Assembly: GCA_041746575.1 (NCBI GenBank)
Contig: JBGTGT010000055.1
Coordinates: forward strand, 9,550 to 73,549
Origin: Microcystaceae cyanobacterium
GTDB taxonomy: Bacteria; Cyanobacteriota; Cyanobacteriia; Cyanobacteriales; Microcystaceae
Length of the DNA: 64,000 nt
Direction of reading: 5' to 3'
Shown: one piece after another, positions 52,227 through 62,806 of the stretch
Layout of the letters: every line of letters begins with the position of its first letter
Numbering within the stretch: position 1 is the stretch's first letter
Program-made: the position numbers and the translations under genes
Notes under the pieces: model-generated
The model's input: the letters and a program-made list of their open reading frames with translations, nothing else
Databases searched by the model: none
Told to the model about the DNA's origin: nothing

Positions 52227-52430
52227 ATGAAACTAAAAATCATCGTTCATCAAGCAGAAGAAGGCGGATATTGGGCAGAAGTGCCTTCCTTACCCGGTTG
52301 TACAACACAGGGAGACAATTTTGAGGAATTACTGGAAAATTTGTACGAAGCTATCGAAGGGTATTTATCCGTCGACGTAGACGCTCTCGATATTCAATCT
52401 GACGCTAAGGTGGTAGAGATTGCAATATGA
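52227..52430 (+). CDS. hicB: HicB-family antitoxin
   Basis: [20 protein letters not shown]. Confidence 0.9.
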   Translation: MKLKIIVHQAEEGGYWAEVPSLPGCTTQGDNFEELLENLYEAIEGYLSVDVDALDIQSDAKVVEIAI

Positions 52431-52636
52431 AATCAATGTCAGGAAAAGCCCTAGCTAAATTATTAGAGAAAAATGGCTGGATATTGTTAAGAGTACAAGG
52501 GAGTCATCATATTTACCGGAAACTTGATGTTGCTCAAAAAATTTCCGTTCTGATACATAGCAATAAGGATCTCAAAATTGGCTTATTGAAATATTTGCTG
52601 AAAAAGGCAAATTTGTTAGACCAACTCGAAAATTAA
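52427..52636 (+). CDS. hicA: HicA-family toxin
   Basis: LLEKNGW...QGSHHIY...[14 protein letters not shown] overlap. Confidence 0.88.
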   Translation: MKSMSGKALAKLLEKNGWILLRVQGSHHIYRKLDVAQKISVLIHSNKDLKIGLLKYLLKKANLLDQLEN

Positions 52637-52809
52637 GCGAATTATGTTCTCGTGCTTGCCAATTACTTTTTATTCCCTAATATACTTTATACTGCTCTAA
52701 GACACCAAGACAACCGTTTTATCGCTTGCTCGACGGGAAGACCTCAGGCGTAAAGAAAGGGTTTTTTACACAAAGCAGAAATCTTACGCTAGGATAAGTT
52801 TTGTGTTCA

Positions 52810-53308
52810 ACTGTTCAGCCTGAGAATAAGTAGGCAACGGGAAGAACACGCTAAGAAACTGGCGAGAACCGTATATGCTTCTAACGACTGCATTTGCTAC
52901 GAAGACTTACCGGTCAAGAATTTGGTTCGTAACCATCACTTGTCTAAAGCAATTAATGACGCTGGCTGGTATCAATTCCGCAAATGGGTAGAGTATTTGG
53001 GTTGGAAATTAGGCAAGATAACCGTTGCTCTTCTGCCACAATTTACGACTCAAGAATGCCCTGTTTGTGGAAAAAGAACCGAAAAATCCCTATCAACTAG
53101 AACGCATAATTGTTCTTGTGGATACATAGAAAATAGGGACGTGGCAGCTAGTATTAATATCCTTAAAAAAGGATTGAGTACGAGAGGGCATCTCGGAACT
53201 TGGCTACTGGATAGTCAAAACGCTTCAGGAGAAATCCTGTTAAAGCAAGTCGAATCGTTGAATGGAGAATCTCCGCCCAAAGCCTAGCGACGTGCGTGAG
53301 AGTGTCAA
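52810..53308 (+). mobile_element. IS200/IS605 tnpB 3' remnant with right end
   Basis: RISRQREEHAKK..YEDL, DAGW, ECPVCG, NRDVAASINI; ends GAGAGTGTCAA; left boundary approximate. Confidence 0.8.
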
Positions 53309-53329
53309 TGACCTTATCTAGCATAGCTC

Positions 53330-53371
53330 TAGAATAAAATAAAATAAATTGACCTAAGATTAAGCATAAAT
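53330..53371. repeat. 42-bp direct repeat, copy 2
   Basis: Identical to 52026..52067; ends 6 nt before the miaE start. Confidence 0.9.
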
Positions 53372-53377
53372 CAGCCT

Positions 53378-53977
53378 GTGTCCCCTCTGACTCTTCCCAC
53401 CGTCAACATTTTGCAAACCCCTACCCAATTCGCTTGGGTGGAAATGGCGATCGCCCATTTAGACACGATCTTACTCGATCATTCCCATTGTGAGCGTAAG
53501 GCGGCCAGCGCGGCCATCAATTTAATGTTTCGTTACCCGTCTAATACGCTAATGGTGCGAAAACTGACTGCTATCGCCCAAGAAGAATTAGAACACTTTG
53601 AATTAGTCAATCAATGGTTAGATAAACGAGGAATTTCTCTGGCTCACTTGTCTGCACCTCCCTACGGTTCTCAGTTAAAAGCGGCGATTCGTCACCAAGA
53701 ACCCCAACGGCTGTTAGACTTTCTCTTAGTATCCGCCTTAATTGAAGCCCGTTCCCACGAAAGGTTAGGATTATTAGCAGAATATTGCCCTGATCTCGAT
53801 TTAGCGAAATTTTATCGCAGTTTAATGGCTTCAGAAGCCCGTCATTATGGCATTTATTGGGTGCTAGCGGATCATTATTTTGAACGAGAGGAAGTAAAAC
53901 AACGTTTAGAAGCGTTATCTATGATTGAAAGCAAAATTCTCTCTACTTTGCACCCTGAACCCAGAATCCATAGTTAA
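53378..53977 (+). CDS. miaE: tRNA-(ms2io6A) hydroxylase
   Basis: DHSHCERKAA, EELEHF, IEARSHER, SEARHY, PRIHS. Confidence 0.92.
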   Translation: MSPLTLPTVNILQTPTQFAWVEMAIAHLDTILLDHSHCERKAASAAINLMFRYPSNTLMVRKLTAIAQEELEHFELVNQWLDKRGISLAHLSAPPYGSQLKAAIRHQEPQRLLDFLLVSALIEARSHERLGLLAEYCPDLDLAKFYRSLMASEARHYGIYWVLADHYFEREEVKQRLEALSMIESKILSTLHPEPRIHS

Positions 53978-54069
53978 GCAAACAGTCATATCGAATTCGT
54001 TTGATTTTGATTACACCCTTGTCGTTAAAGAATCGCAATCACGTCCAATTAAAAAGATTTGATATCATT

Positions 54070-54240
54070 CTAAACTTGAGGTTTCGGCTGATCGTGGGGA
54101 ATTTCTGGAGCATTCTGTGGCATAACCTTATATTTCTTGACATTCTGCATAAATTGATCGCTATCCGATGATTTATCTGATAAATTCGCTTCAGACTCAT
54201 TGACTTTACGGATTTTTTTGAGCTTAGCTTGACGTCCCAT
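54070..54240 (-). CDS. Small hypothetical protein (56 aa)
   Basis: Hand translation MGRQAKLKKIRK...APEIPHDQPKPQV; GAGGA RBS. Confidence 0.55.
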   Translation of the reverse strand: MGRQAKLKKIRKVNESEANLSDKSSDSDQFMQNVKKYKVMPQNAPEIPHDQPKPQV

Positions 54241-54269
54241 TATTGCTAGTCCTCTTTTTAGCTTAACTT

Positions 54270-55028
54270 TTAAATAATCCCTTCTAATTCTAAGGCTTCA
54301 ATCATTTGTAAACCGCGCGGATCGCCTAGCTTTAATAATGCGCCTTTAGCGTCCTCTTTAACCCCTAAATCTTCATCTTCCACCAACGCCTCTAATAGCG
54401 CATCTATTGCTGTCGCATAGACCACATTTGAGGGTAATTCTCGACACAATTGACCAATCGACCATGCACAATTACTTCTAATGGCGGCAACTTTGTCTCT
54501 TCGTAATCCTTCAATTAACGGAGGAATCGTACTAATAACATCTGTATAAGCCAGTTTAGCAATTTGAGCCAATCCACTAGCTGCCCAAAGACGAACAGCT
54601 GAAATATCCGTTTTCAAAGCATGAAGGAGGGGAGCTAAAGCGCGGCGATCGCCACAATTGCCTAAAGCCCAAACCACGCCTTTACGCACATAACCGTTCC
54701 AATCGTTATTTAGGATGTTAATTAAGGGTTCTACTGTATCAGGACTCAAATTACTGCCCAAAGCATAGGCCGCACTCACTCGGACGAGGGGACAGACGTC
54801 ATCGAGTAAGGCAATCAGAGGAGGAATGGCGCGACTATCCTGTAGATCACAAAAAGCTCGAGTAGCCAACATCCGTTTAGAGGGGTCAGGATCACTCAAT
54901 AGCATCAGCATTTCTTCCGCATCAGGCGCAGTCTCCGGTTCAGGAACGTCATCAAGATGATCGAGGGGACTGTCTAGTTGGGCGGTGTCTTCAAGGAGGT
55001 TTAGGTCATCAGGATCATAACTGTGCAT
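54270..55028 (-). CDS. PBS-lyase HEAT-repeat protein
   Basis: VRVSAAYALG, VRKGVVWALG, VRLWAASGL repeats. Confidence 0.85.
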   Translation of the reverse strand: MHSYDPDDLNLLEDTAQLDSPLDHLDDVPEPETAPDAEEMLMLLSDPDPSKRMLATRAFCDLQDSRAIPPLIALLDDVCPLVRVSAAYALGSNLSPDTVEPLINILNNDWNGYVRKGVVWALGNCGDRRALAPLLHALKTDISAVRLWAASGLAQIAKLAYTDVISTIPPLIEGLRRDKVAAIRSNCAWSIGQLCRELPSNVVYATAIDALLEALVEDEDLGVKEDAKGALLKLGDPRGLQMIEALELEGII

Positions 55029-55070
55029 AATATGATACGTTACCTTATTCGGGGACGTGAGCCAAGTTAG

Positions 55071-55382
55071 TTATTCTAAAATCCATTCTGAGCTGCGATC
55101 GCCTAAATCAAGGGGAATACTGACGGCTTTTCCCAATCTTGGACGTTCACGGGTTTTTTCAATATGATCCTTCACTTGTTGGACGCTTCCCCACGCATCA
55201 AGATAAGTCACTACTGCGCTGAGATGTTCAAGATATTCAGTTTCAGATAGGGGAAAAGAGACTTGTTCAAGATATTTCCACATGATCTGCACAAAAATGC
55301 GCCCCCTTATTTTTTTAAGTTGAACATCATACGAATATCCCCATTTATCTTTGAGTAGCTGATGTAAATCTTGTCCCGTCAT
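55071..55382 (-). CDS. DUF3067-family protein
   Basis: KWGYSYDVQL, MWKYLEQVSFPL, RPRLGKAVSIPL. Confidence 0.85.
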   Translation of the reverse strand: MTGQDLHQLLKDKWGYSYDVQLKKIRGRIFVQIMWKYLEQVSFPLSETEYLEHLSAVVTYLDAWGSVQQVKDHIEKTRERPRLGKAVSIPLDLGDRSSEWILE

Positions 55383-55636
55383 AACTCATGGCATCTCAAA
55401 AAGGCATTTTTCTCTTATGGTAGCTTAAGACAAACACCGTAATCAGTAACCTGTTGAAATTAAGCATTTTACTTGAATTTATCGGCTTTTGCAGGATAAA
55501 TTTCGGCCGCTACCGCTTACTTCCCTAGGTACGGATATCCGAATAGAATAGGGGGTGTAATCCCAAAGGGGTTCTCCTGCAAAAATCGGGCAGAATTAAA
55601 GACAAGAACTGTCTATTTTTATGAAGAAAGATCCCT

Positions 55637-57610
55637 ATGACTGTATTAGAGAAAGGTAACATTACCATCCATACTGAGAATATCTTCCCGATCATTAAAA
55701 AATCCCTTTACACCGATCACGAAATTTTCTTACGGGAATTAATCTCTAATAGTGCGGATGCGATTGCCAAACTAAAAATGGCCTCTTTCGCAGGAGAAGT
55801 AAAGGGAGATGTACCTGAACCTGAAATTACTATTGCGGTGGATAAAGAACAAAAAACCCTTTCCATTTCTGATAATGGCATCGGCATGACCACCGAAGAA
55901 ATCAAGAAATATATTAACCAAGTTGCTTTCTCCAGTGCGGAAGAATTCATTACTAAATATCACAAAAGTGCCAATGATTTAATTGGTCATTTTGGTTTAG
56001 GATTTTATTCTGCTTTTATGGTGGCGAAAAAAGTAGAAATTGACACCTTATCCTATCAAGAAGGAGCGCAAGCTGTTCATTGGTCTTGTGATGGTTCACC
56101 CGAATTTGAATTAACAGAATCTAGTCTTAATACCATTGGCACAATGGTTACGCTAACTCTTTTAGAAGAAGAAACAGAGTATTTAGAACCCCAAAGAATT
56201 CGTCAACTGGTGAAAACGTATTCTGATTTTGTTCCCGTTTCGATTCAATTTGAAGGAGAACAAATTAATAAAAAAACAACGATTTGGAAAGAATCTACGC
56301 AAAACCTTAAGGATGAAGACTACCTTGAATTCTACCGTTATCTGTATCCTTTTCAAGAAGAACCTTTACTGTGGGTTCACTTAAATACAGATTATCCTTT
56401 TCTGCTGAATGGGATTCTTTATTTTCCCAAATTAAGACCCGACGTTGATATTTCCCACGGTCAAATTAAACTGTTTTGTAATCAAGTGTTTGTCAGCGAT
56501 CATTGTGAAGAGATCATTCCTGATTTCTTGATGCCTTTACGGGGCGTTATTGATAGTCCTGATATTCCGTTAAATGTGTCTCGGAGTTCTCTGACCAATC
56601 ATCGTACTGTTCGTCGGATTGCAGATTATATTGCCCGTAAAATTGGCGATCGCTTAAAATCACTTTATGAGGAGAATACAACCGAATATATTCGCTGTTG
56701 GGAAGATGTAGGAACGTTTGTCAAATACGGTTCGTTAAAGGATGAAAAATTCAAGAAACAAGTTGAAGACATTCTCATTTATCGTACCACTTATCAAGTT
56801 CCTCAAGCGGAAGAAACCCCGTCAGTAGAAATTCAAACGGAAGGAGATGCTTGGCAAGAATTACCCCAAACTAACAAGGGAGAAAATTCTTACGAACAAG
56901 CGGGTTATACTACCCTTAATGCCTACCTAGAACGGAATAAAGAAAAACACGAAAATCGAGTTTTCTACTGTACGGACAAAAACACCCAAGCCACTTACGT
57001 TGAACTGTACAAAAATCAAGGGTTAGAAGTCCTCTTTATGGACACTTTCATTGATAACAATTACTTTATTCCTTTCCTCGAACGGGAACATTCGGATGTT
57101 CAATTTTCTCGGGTTGATTCGGAATTGGATAAAACCCTAATTCAAGAAGATAGTAACAACGAAATTGTTGACCCCACTACCAATAAAACCCGAAGTGAGC
57201 AAATTAAGACCTTATTTGAACAGGCTTTAAACAACTCACAAATTAATATCAAAACAGAGGCAATCAAATCTGATAATCCTCAAAGTACCCCTCCTGCAAT
57301 GGTATTATTGCCCGAAGCGATGCGCCGCTTACAAGAGATGACCGCCTTGATGCAGCAGGATAATATGAGGTTTCCAGACCAACACGTTCTCTTAGTAAAT
57401 ACTGCTCATCCTTTGATTGAAAATATCTATAAACTCAGCCAAGGAAGTATTATTCAAGGCAGTGGCGAGTCTCCTTCGGGGACAATGGCAAAAATGCTCT
57501 GTTGTCATGTTTATGACTTAGCTTTGATCTCACAAAAAGGGTTTGATGCAGAAGGAATGAAATCGTTTGTTGAACGTTCTAATTCGATGTTGACTCAGTT
57601 GACAAAATAG
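55637..57610 (+). CDS. htpG: Hsp90 chaperone
   Basis: IFLRELISN, DNGIGM, IGHFGLGFYSAF, PLNVSR. Confidence 0.96.
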   Translation: MTVLEKGNITIHTENIFPIIKKSLYTDHEIFLRELISNSADAIAKLKMASFAGEVKGDVPEPEITIAVDKEQKTLSISDNGIGMTTEEIKKYINQVAFSSAEEFITKYHKSANDLIGHFGLGFYSAFMVAKKVEIDTLSYQEGAQAVHWSCDGSPEFELTESSLNTIGTMVTLTLLEEETEYLEPQRIRQLVKTYSDFVPVSIQFEGEQINKKTTIWKESTQNLKDEDYLEFYRYLYPFQEEPLLWVHLNTDYPFLLNGILYFPKLRPDVDISHGQIKLFCNQVFVSDHCEEIIPDFLMPLRGVIDSPDIPLNVSRSSLTNHRTVRRIADYIARKIGDRLKSLYEENTTEYIRCWEDVGTFVKYGSLKDEKFKKQVEDILIYRTTYQVPQAEETPSVEIQTEGDAWQELPQTNKGENSYEQAGYTTLNAYLERNKEKHENRVFYCTDKNTQATYVELYKNQGLEVLFMDTFIDNNYFIPFLEREHSDVQFSRVDSELDKTLIQEDSNNEIVDPTTNKTRSEQIKTLFEQALNNSQINIKTEAIKSDNPQSTPPAMVLLPEAMRRLQEMTALMQQDNMRFPDQHVLLVNTAHPLIENIYKLSQGSIIQGSGESPSGTMAKMLCCHVYDLALISQKGFDAEGMKSFVERSNSMLTQLTK

Positions 57611-57639
57611 TCCACTAACACTATTTTTCTTGGAAAATG

Positions 57640-57670
57640 ACAGGCACTTTCAGCCTGTTTTTCTTTTTTT
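57640..57670 (+). terminator. Intrinsic terminator after htpG
   Basis: ACAGGC-loop-GCCTGT plus T-run. Confidence 0.65.
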
Positions 57671-57829
57671 GATTAAATCAAGAAAGGAAAGATAAATATC
57701 TCTATTTTAGGGGTAAAAATCAAAATAATGGGTCACTGTTCACTGGCCGAGTTGTGCAAACTGTCCAAACCTGATAAATTAGTTAATTGTCCTCCCTCCC
57801 TCATTACGCTTAATTCCTAATCCCTAAAA

Positions 57830-58519
57830 ATGATGACTACCCTAGATGATAAAACCATTGTTAAAGATTATTTTAACTCGACAGGATTTGACCGTTGGCG
57901 CAGAATTTATGGCAATGGAGACGTAAATAAGGTTCAAAATGATATTCGGATTGGTCATCAAAAAACCATCGATACTGTGATTGATTGGTTAAAAGCAGAT
58001 GGCGATTTGGCGCAACTGACGATTTGTGATGCAGGTTGTGGTGTCGGTAGCTTGAGTATTCCCTTGGCTGAAGCAGGTGCAACGATATTTGCCAGCGATA
58101 TCTCTGCAAAAATGGTTAATGAAGCGAGTGAACGGGCAAGTCAGTCCTTAGAAAACCCTAAAAATCTCCGCTTTGCGACACAAGATCTCGAAGAACTTCA
58201 AGGAAGTTACCATACGGTTATCTGTTTAGATGTTTTGATTCACTATCCTAACGATGAAGCAGAAGCGATGATTGCCCATTTAGCGTCTCTAGCGGAAAAA
58301 CGACTAATTCTTAGCTTTGCACCCAAAACTGTTTTCTTATCTCTGCTGAAAAAGGTAGGTGAATTTTTTCCGGGGCCAAGTAAAACAACGCGTGCTTATC
58401 AACACAAAGCCAACGATATCATTAAAATTCTACAAGATAATGGCTTGACAGTTCAACGAAAATCGATGACCAGTACCCGTTTTTATTATTCTCAAATCTT
58501 AGAGGCAGTAAAAAGGTAG
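57830..58519 (+). CDS. chlM: Mg-protoporphyrin IX methyltransferase
   Basis: YFNSTGFDRWRRIYG, DAGCGVG, CLDVLIHYP, PGPSKTTRAY. Confidence 0.95.
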   Translation: MMTTLDDKTIVKDYFNSTGFDRWRRIYGNGDVNKVQNDIRIGHQKTIDTVIDWLKADGDLAQLTICDAGCGVGSLSIPLAEAGATIFASDISAKMVNEASERASQSLENPKNLRFATQDLEELQGSYHTVICLDVLIHYPNDEAEAMIAHLASLAEKRLILSFAPKTVFLSLLKKVGEFFPGPSKTTRAYQHKANDIIKILQDNGLTVQRKSMTSTRFYYSQILEAVKR

Positions 58520-58571
58520 TAGTCAGGAGAGAAAAAAACAAAATCTCTCCCCTTTCTCCTCTCAAATGGTT

Positions 58572-58907
58572 CTAAGATCCCAACTTGAAGGCTTCTAGAT
58601 ATAAACTGTAGGTAATACCAACCTTAAAAAGATTCAACACATCCATCCAAAGAGAACGAGTCTTGATTGAAGCAGAACGACGATAAGCAATCCGACTCAC
58701 GAATTCAGTAAAGATTAAAATCATAGCCGCTACTATCACATCCCATTGCGCTGCCTGTCCAACAGTCGTAGAAACGGCTTCTCCTACAAAAATCCCAAAA
58801 AATAACGCCAATAAAATTAAAGAAATCCGTCGCCAAGGATTACTAAAAAATTGATTCAGTTGATTGAGGAAATTATCAACAAGGGTGTTTAATCGAGTGC
58901 GTTGCAT
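58572..58907 (-). CDS. ycf20: Ycf20 / DUF565 family
   Basis: MQRTRL, NPWRR, EAFKLGS. Confidence 0.88.
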   Translation of the reverse strand: MQRTRLNTLVDNFLNQLNQFFSNPWRRISLILLALFFGIFVGEAVSTTVGQAAQWDVIVAAMILIFTEFVSRIAYRRSASIKTRSLWMDVLNLFKVGITYSLYLEAFKLGS

Positions 58908-58948
58908 AGGGTAAATCTGATGATTTCAATGACTGTTTATGATATAAC

Positions 58949-59518
58949 TTATTCATTATTCAGTCTATCTAAGAGCCATAAAGTAATCGCTAAACCCACC
59001 ACATGACAGAGAATGGTATGGGTATTGGCTAAAACGAGTAAAATTTCATTGGGGGTTACCAGTTCACGGGTATCATACACTGAAGCTCCTTGGGGAACGT
59101 TGGACAATTTGCGCCAGATAATACCTACAAAAGCCTCAGCCCCTAAAACAGCGAGAGAAATTCCTGCTAAATTGGTTAATAAGCCAAATTTAACCAGTTG
59201 TAAGGTATTTTTTTTCTTAGGACGTTGTTCCCCATCAAGAACTCGCATTAGCTGGGCAATTCGCTTATAGCGAAAACAGAGAACCACGCTAATTGCTAAG
59301 GCCACAACACCGGCGGCGGCACAAAAAAGGCTTAATCCCGTTCCGGTAGTGCTTTTTCCCTGTCCTGCTAAACCTGCCGATGAGAGGAGTAGCAAAGCCG
59401 CCGCAAAGACACCCAAGACTAACTGTAACCAGAATCCCACATTTCCCGCAATTTGCAGGGTATTCGACGCTTTTTGCACTCTAGAGGAAATCGGATGACC
59501 CAGTTCAGACCTTTCCAT
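58949..59518 (-). CDS. DUF3611-family membrane protein
   Basis: GFWLQLVLG, NLAG, LANTHTI..H. Confidence 0.75.
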   Translation of the reverse strand: MERSELGHPISSRVQKASNTLQIAGNVGFWLQLVLGVFAAALLLLSSAGLAGQGKSTTGTGLSLFCAAAGVVALAISVVLCFRYKRIAQLMRVLDGEQRPKKKNTLQLVKFGLLTNLAGISLAVLGAEAFVGIIWRKLSNVPQGASVYDTRELVTPNEILLVLANTHTILCHVVGLAITLWLLDRLNNE

Positions 59519-59722
59519 TTTTTAATAAAGCTCATGTTCATCTTACTGTTCAATCATAGCGAATGAGGCAAACGTAATTTAAAAGATTACGATTTGCTTA
59601 CCTATTGAAACATTGCGCGACAACTTTTTGCGAGATTGATGGTAGAGGTGCATCGGTGACGAACCATAAAAAATAGAAAAATTTCCAAATTCCTCTTCTT
59701 CATAAATTAAAGCACTCAAATA

Positions 59723-61220
59723 CTAAGTACTGGTCATCCCTTTGGACATTTTCTCTAACGCATCGCTGACGGTGAAACTAGCCGCCTTCTGACGAGGGGG
59801 ATAGTCTTTAAAGGTTTCTAAAAATTGACCCACATAAGATTGAGCCGGAACTACCATGAAAGCATGATTTAATAACTAATTCCAGTAGGTATTCGAGGTA
59901 ATATCTGCCCGTTCGTAAGGATCTGTCACCAAATTAAAGATTTTAGGCACTCGCAATACTGTGAAAGGTTCTGCCCAAATTTGCAACGTTCCCGTACAAC
60001 GCTGTTTCATGAAAACCAGTTTCCAGTTATCGTAACGTAATCCTGTTAAATCCCCATCATCAGAGAAGTAGAAAAATTCAACACGGGGGCTTTTATCGGT
60101 TTCACCTGTCCAATAATCCAGCATATTGTAGCCATCAAGGTGAATTTTAAAGGTTTTACTACCTACTTGATGCCCTTTTAACAGCTTATCCTTAATTTCG
60201 GTTTCTCCGGCGGCGGCAAGTAAGGTCGGTAACCAGTCTAAATGACTCACAATGCCATTGCACACCGAACCGGCCTCAATTTTACCCGGCCAGCGTACGA
60301 TAGAAGGAACACGATAAGCCCCTTCCCAGTTAGAATTCTTTTCGTTTCGGAAAGGCGTCATTCCCGCATCTGGCCAACTATTCATGTGAGGGCCATTGTC
60401 GGTAGAATACATAACGATAGTATCTTCTGCCAGACCTAATTCATCCAAATGATTGAGCAATTCGCCGACGACCTTATCATGGTCAATCATAGTGTCATGA
60501 TACTCTGACTGCCACCGTCCGGCTTGTCCTTTGCTTTCGGGTTTGCAATGAGTGCGGAAGTGCATATGGGTGGTATTAAACCAGATAAAGAAAGGTTCAT
60601 CGGCATTTTTGGCATCGCCGAGAAAGCGTTTGGTTTTCTCTAATACTTCATCATCGATGGTTTCCATCCGTTTTTTGGTTAAGGGGCCGGTATCTTCAAC
60701 GCGTTGGCCGCCGTTACCGTCTGCCCAACAGTGTAAAACGCCACGAGGTTCAAAGTTTTGGCGGAAATTAGGAAAATCTGCTGGTTTAGGATAATCGGGA
60801 AGTTCAGGTTCTTCTTCAGCGTTAAGGTGATAAAGATTACCGAAAAATTCATCAAACCCGTGCATAGTAGGCAGATGTTCATCTCTGTCACCAAAGTGAT
60901 TTTTGCCAAATTGCCCTGTTTTATAGCCTAAAGGTTTTAAAAGTTCGGCAATACTGGGATCTTCGGCACGGAAGCCTATTGCTGCCCCCGGAAGACCGAC
61001 TTTGCTTAGTCCACTGCGAAAAACGCTTTGTCCAGTGATAAAAGCCGCGCGTCCTGCCGTACAACTTTGCTCGCCATAATAGTGAGCGCATTCCTTCTTT
61101 AGCAATACGGTCGATATTGGGGGTACGATAACCCATTAAACCGTCAGAATAACAGCTTAGATTACTAATTCCGATGTCGTCGCCCCAAATAATCAAAATA
61201 TTGGGTTTACCGTTTGGCAT
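59723..61220 (-). pseudogene. Arylsulfatase with frameshift and nonsense codon
   Basis: [17 protein letters not shown] formylglycine motif, GKNH; frameshift near 61090; TAG at 59876 then LLNHAF...PPRQKAASF continues. Confidence 0.88.
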
Positions 61221-61415
61221 TGTGTTTTTCCTGTTACTGAGAAGGGTTGACTTGGCGTGAGATTAGGAGAAAAGCCATTTCGTAAAAATTTCTGAAACAT
61301 CCTATTTTGGGTGCAAAGCTACCCACAAATTTAAATTATCAAACAACATTCGTTCTGTCTAGAGCCGAAAAACGCTCATTTCCCGCTTAATTTGTAAAAT
61401 ATTATTACGCTCAAT

Positions 61416-61431
61416 TGTAATATGTAATACA
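61416..61431. promoter_or_regulatory. Candidate NtcA-binding site
   Basis: TGTA-ATATGTAA-TACA fits GTA-N8-TAC; no clear -10 box at canonical spacing. Confidence 0.4.
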
Positions 61432-61954
61432 AGCCTACGATTTTACGGCCTGCGAGGGTAATTCTCCAAATAATTGCCTATAATCAGACGCTAATCGTCC
61501 AGAGTACCAAAAACCCTACGCTTCAGCCACTTTATTAGTTATAGCTTTATCGGAGATTTGCATTTTGAGAGCTTGATCAACATTATATTCAGCAACGCCA
61601 AAGTTATAGCATCATCAAAATAGCGATAAGTGATGGAAAGAGAAGGAAAAATGCAATCAACAGCAGTTTTATCGGCAGTCATTCTAGAAAAAATAGAAAT
61701 TCTTTATCTTTTAAGATAGTGTCAAAGGAAATTATAGAGTAAAAAGATGAGAAAAATTAAATCAAATTTGCCCTAACGCTTGTTAAGCGTCCACTTTTAG
61801 AGATATGTCTCTGTTATTCTCTTTGACGAACTTGCCTAGAATCTTCTATAGTAGAAAAGACCTATCTTTATTAAAAATCCTTAAGGTAAAATCAGGGAGT
61901 GATTAATCGCCATTCCCAACACTTATTGAAACCCATAGCGGAGATTAAACCCTC

Positions 61955-62650
61955 ATGTCAAACGTTGCCCTACAATCCCCTCTCGATTACAGCAGTAACA
62001 CTTACAAAGATGCCTACAGTCGCATTAATGCCATCGTAATTGAAGGAGAAAAAGAAGCTTACAATAATTACCTCAAAATGGGAGAAATGCTCCCCGACTA
62101 TCAGGAGGAGTTAATTCGCTTAGCCAAGATGGAAAATCGCCACATGAAAGGCTTCCAATCCTGTGGTAAAAATCTGGATGTTACTCCTGATATGGACTAC
62201 GCACAAGAATTTTTTGCCCAATTACACGGCAATTTTCAAAAAGCACAAGCAGAAGACAAAATCGTCACTTGTTTTTTGATTCAATCTTTAATCATTGAAG
62301 CCTTTGCGATCGCTGCTTATAATATTTATATCCCTGTTGCTGACCCCTTTGCCCGTAAGATTACCGAAGGCGTGGTTAAGGATGAATATACTCACCTGAA
62401 TTTCGGTGAAGTTTGGCTAAAAGAACATTTTGAGGAGTCTAAAGCAGAATTAGAAGAAGCTAACGCTGACAACCTTCCCGTGGTTTGGCGGATGTTAAAT
62501 TCTGTCGAAGAAGATGCTAAAATCCTCAGCATGGAAAAAGAAGCCTTAATCGAAGATTTCATGATTAGCTATGGGGAAACCTTAGCAAATATTGGCTTTA
62601 CCACCCGTGAAGTCATGAAAATGTCGGCTCATGGTTTGAAGGCGGCTTAA
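61955..62650 (+). CDS. ado: Aldehyde-deformylating oxygenase
   Basis: [42 protein letters not shown]. Confidence 0.96.
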   Translation: MSNVALQSPLDYSSNTYKDAYSRINAIVIEGEKEAYNNYLKMGEMLPDYQEELIRLAKMENRHMKGFQSCGKNLDVTPDMDYAQEFFAQLHGNFQKAQAEDKIVTCFLIQSLIIEAFAIAAYNIYIPVADPFARKITEGVVKDEYTHLNFGEVWLKEHFEESKAELEEANADNLPVVWRMLNSVEEDAKILSMEKEALIEDFMISYGETLANIGFTTREVMKMSAHGLKAA

Positions 62651-62673
62651 GACAAAAGATACCTTATACCCTT

Positions 62674-62704
62674 AATTCCGTCTTTGATACAGGCGGATTT
62701 TTTG
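62674..62704 (+). terminator. Intrinsic terminator after ado
   Basis: TCCGTCT-loop-AGGCGGA plus T-run. Confidence 0.6.
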
Positions 62705-62806
62705 TGTTTTTCACGCCTATAACTTTTCTGAAAATTAAAGGCTTTAACTGGGTATGCTCTAAATAACAGCCTATTTGCTTTTAGAAGAAATTCCTTGGCA
62801 GAGATT

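Larger units (their letters stand above)
1160..62313. repeat. Dispersed HIP1 octamers (GCGATCGC), roughly 25-30 copies by eye
   Basis: Examples at 1160, 19252, 51588, 62306; cyanobacterial genome signature. Confidence 0.9.

Noticed and set aside
53309..53326. tnpB-relic guide (TGACCTTATCTAGCATA) targeting the 42-bp repeat (TGACCTAAGATTAAGCATA)
   Set aside because: Only 6 contiguous matching nt in AT-rich DNA, and the tnpB is truncated.
1275..60909. Many 60-145 aa ORFs overlapping long genes (e.g. 4500..4760, 15794..16228, 26578..26967, 38143..38334, 39551..39790)
   Set aside because: Antisense or off-frame shadows of well-supported genes, or ORFs without any motif.
61440..61620. Fragments resembling repeat or IS ends (TATTCAGCAACGCC)
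   Set aside because: No partner inverted repeat found in the window; cannot be delimited.
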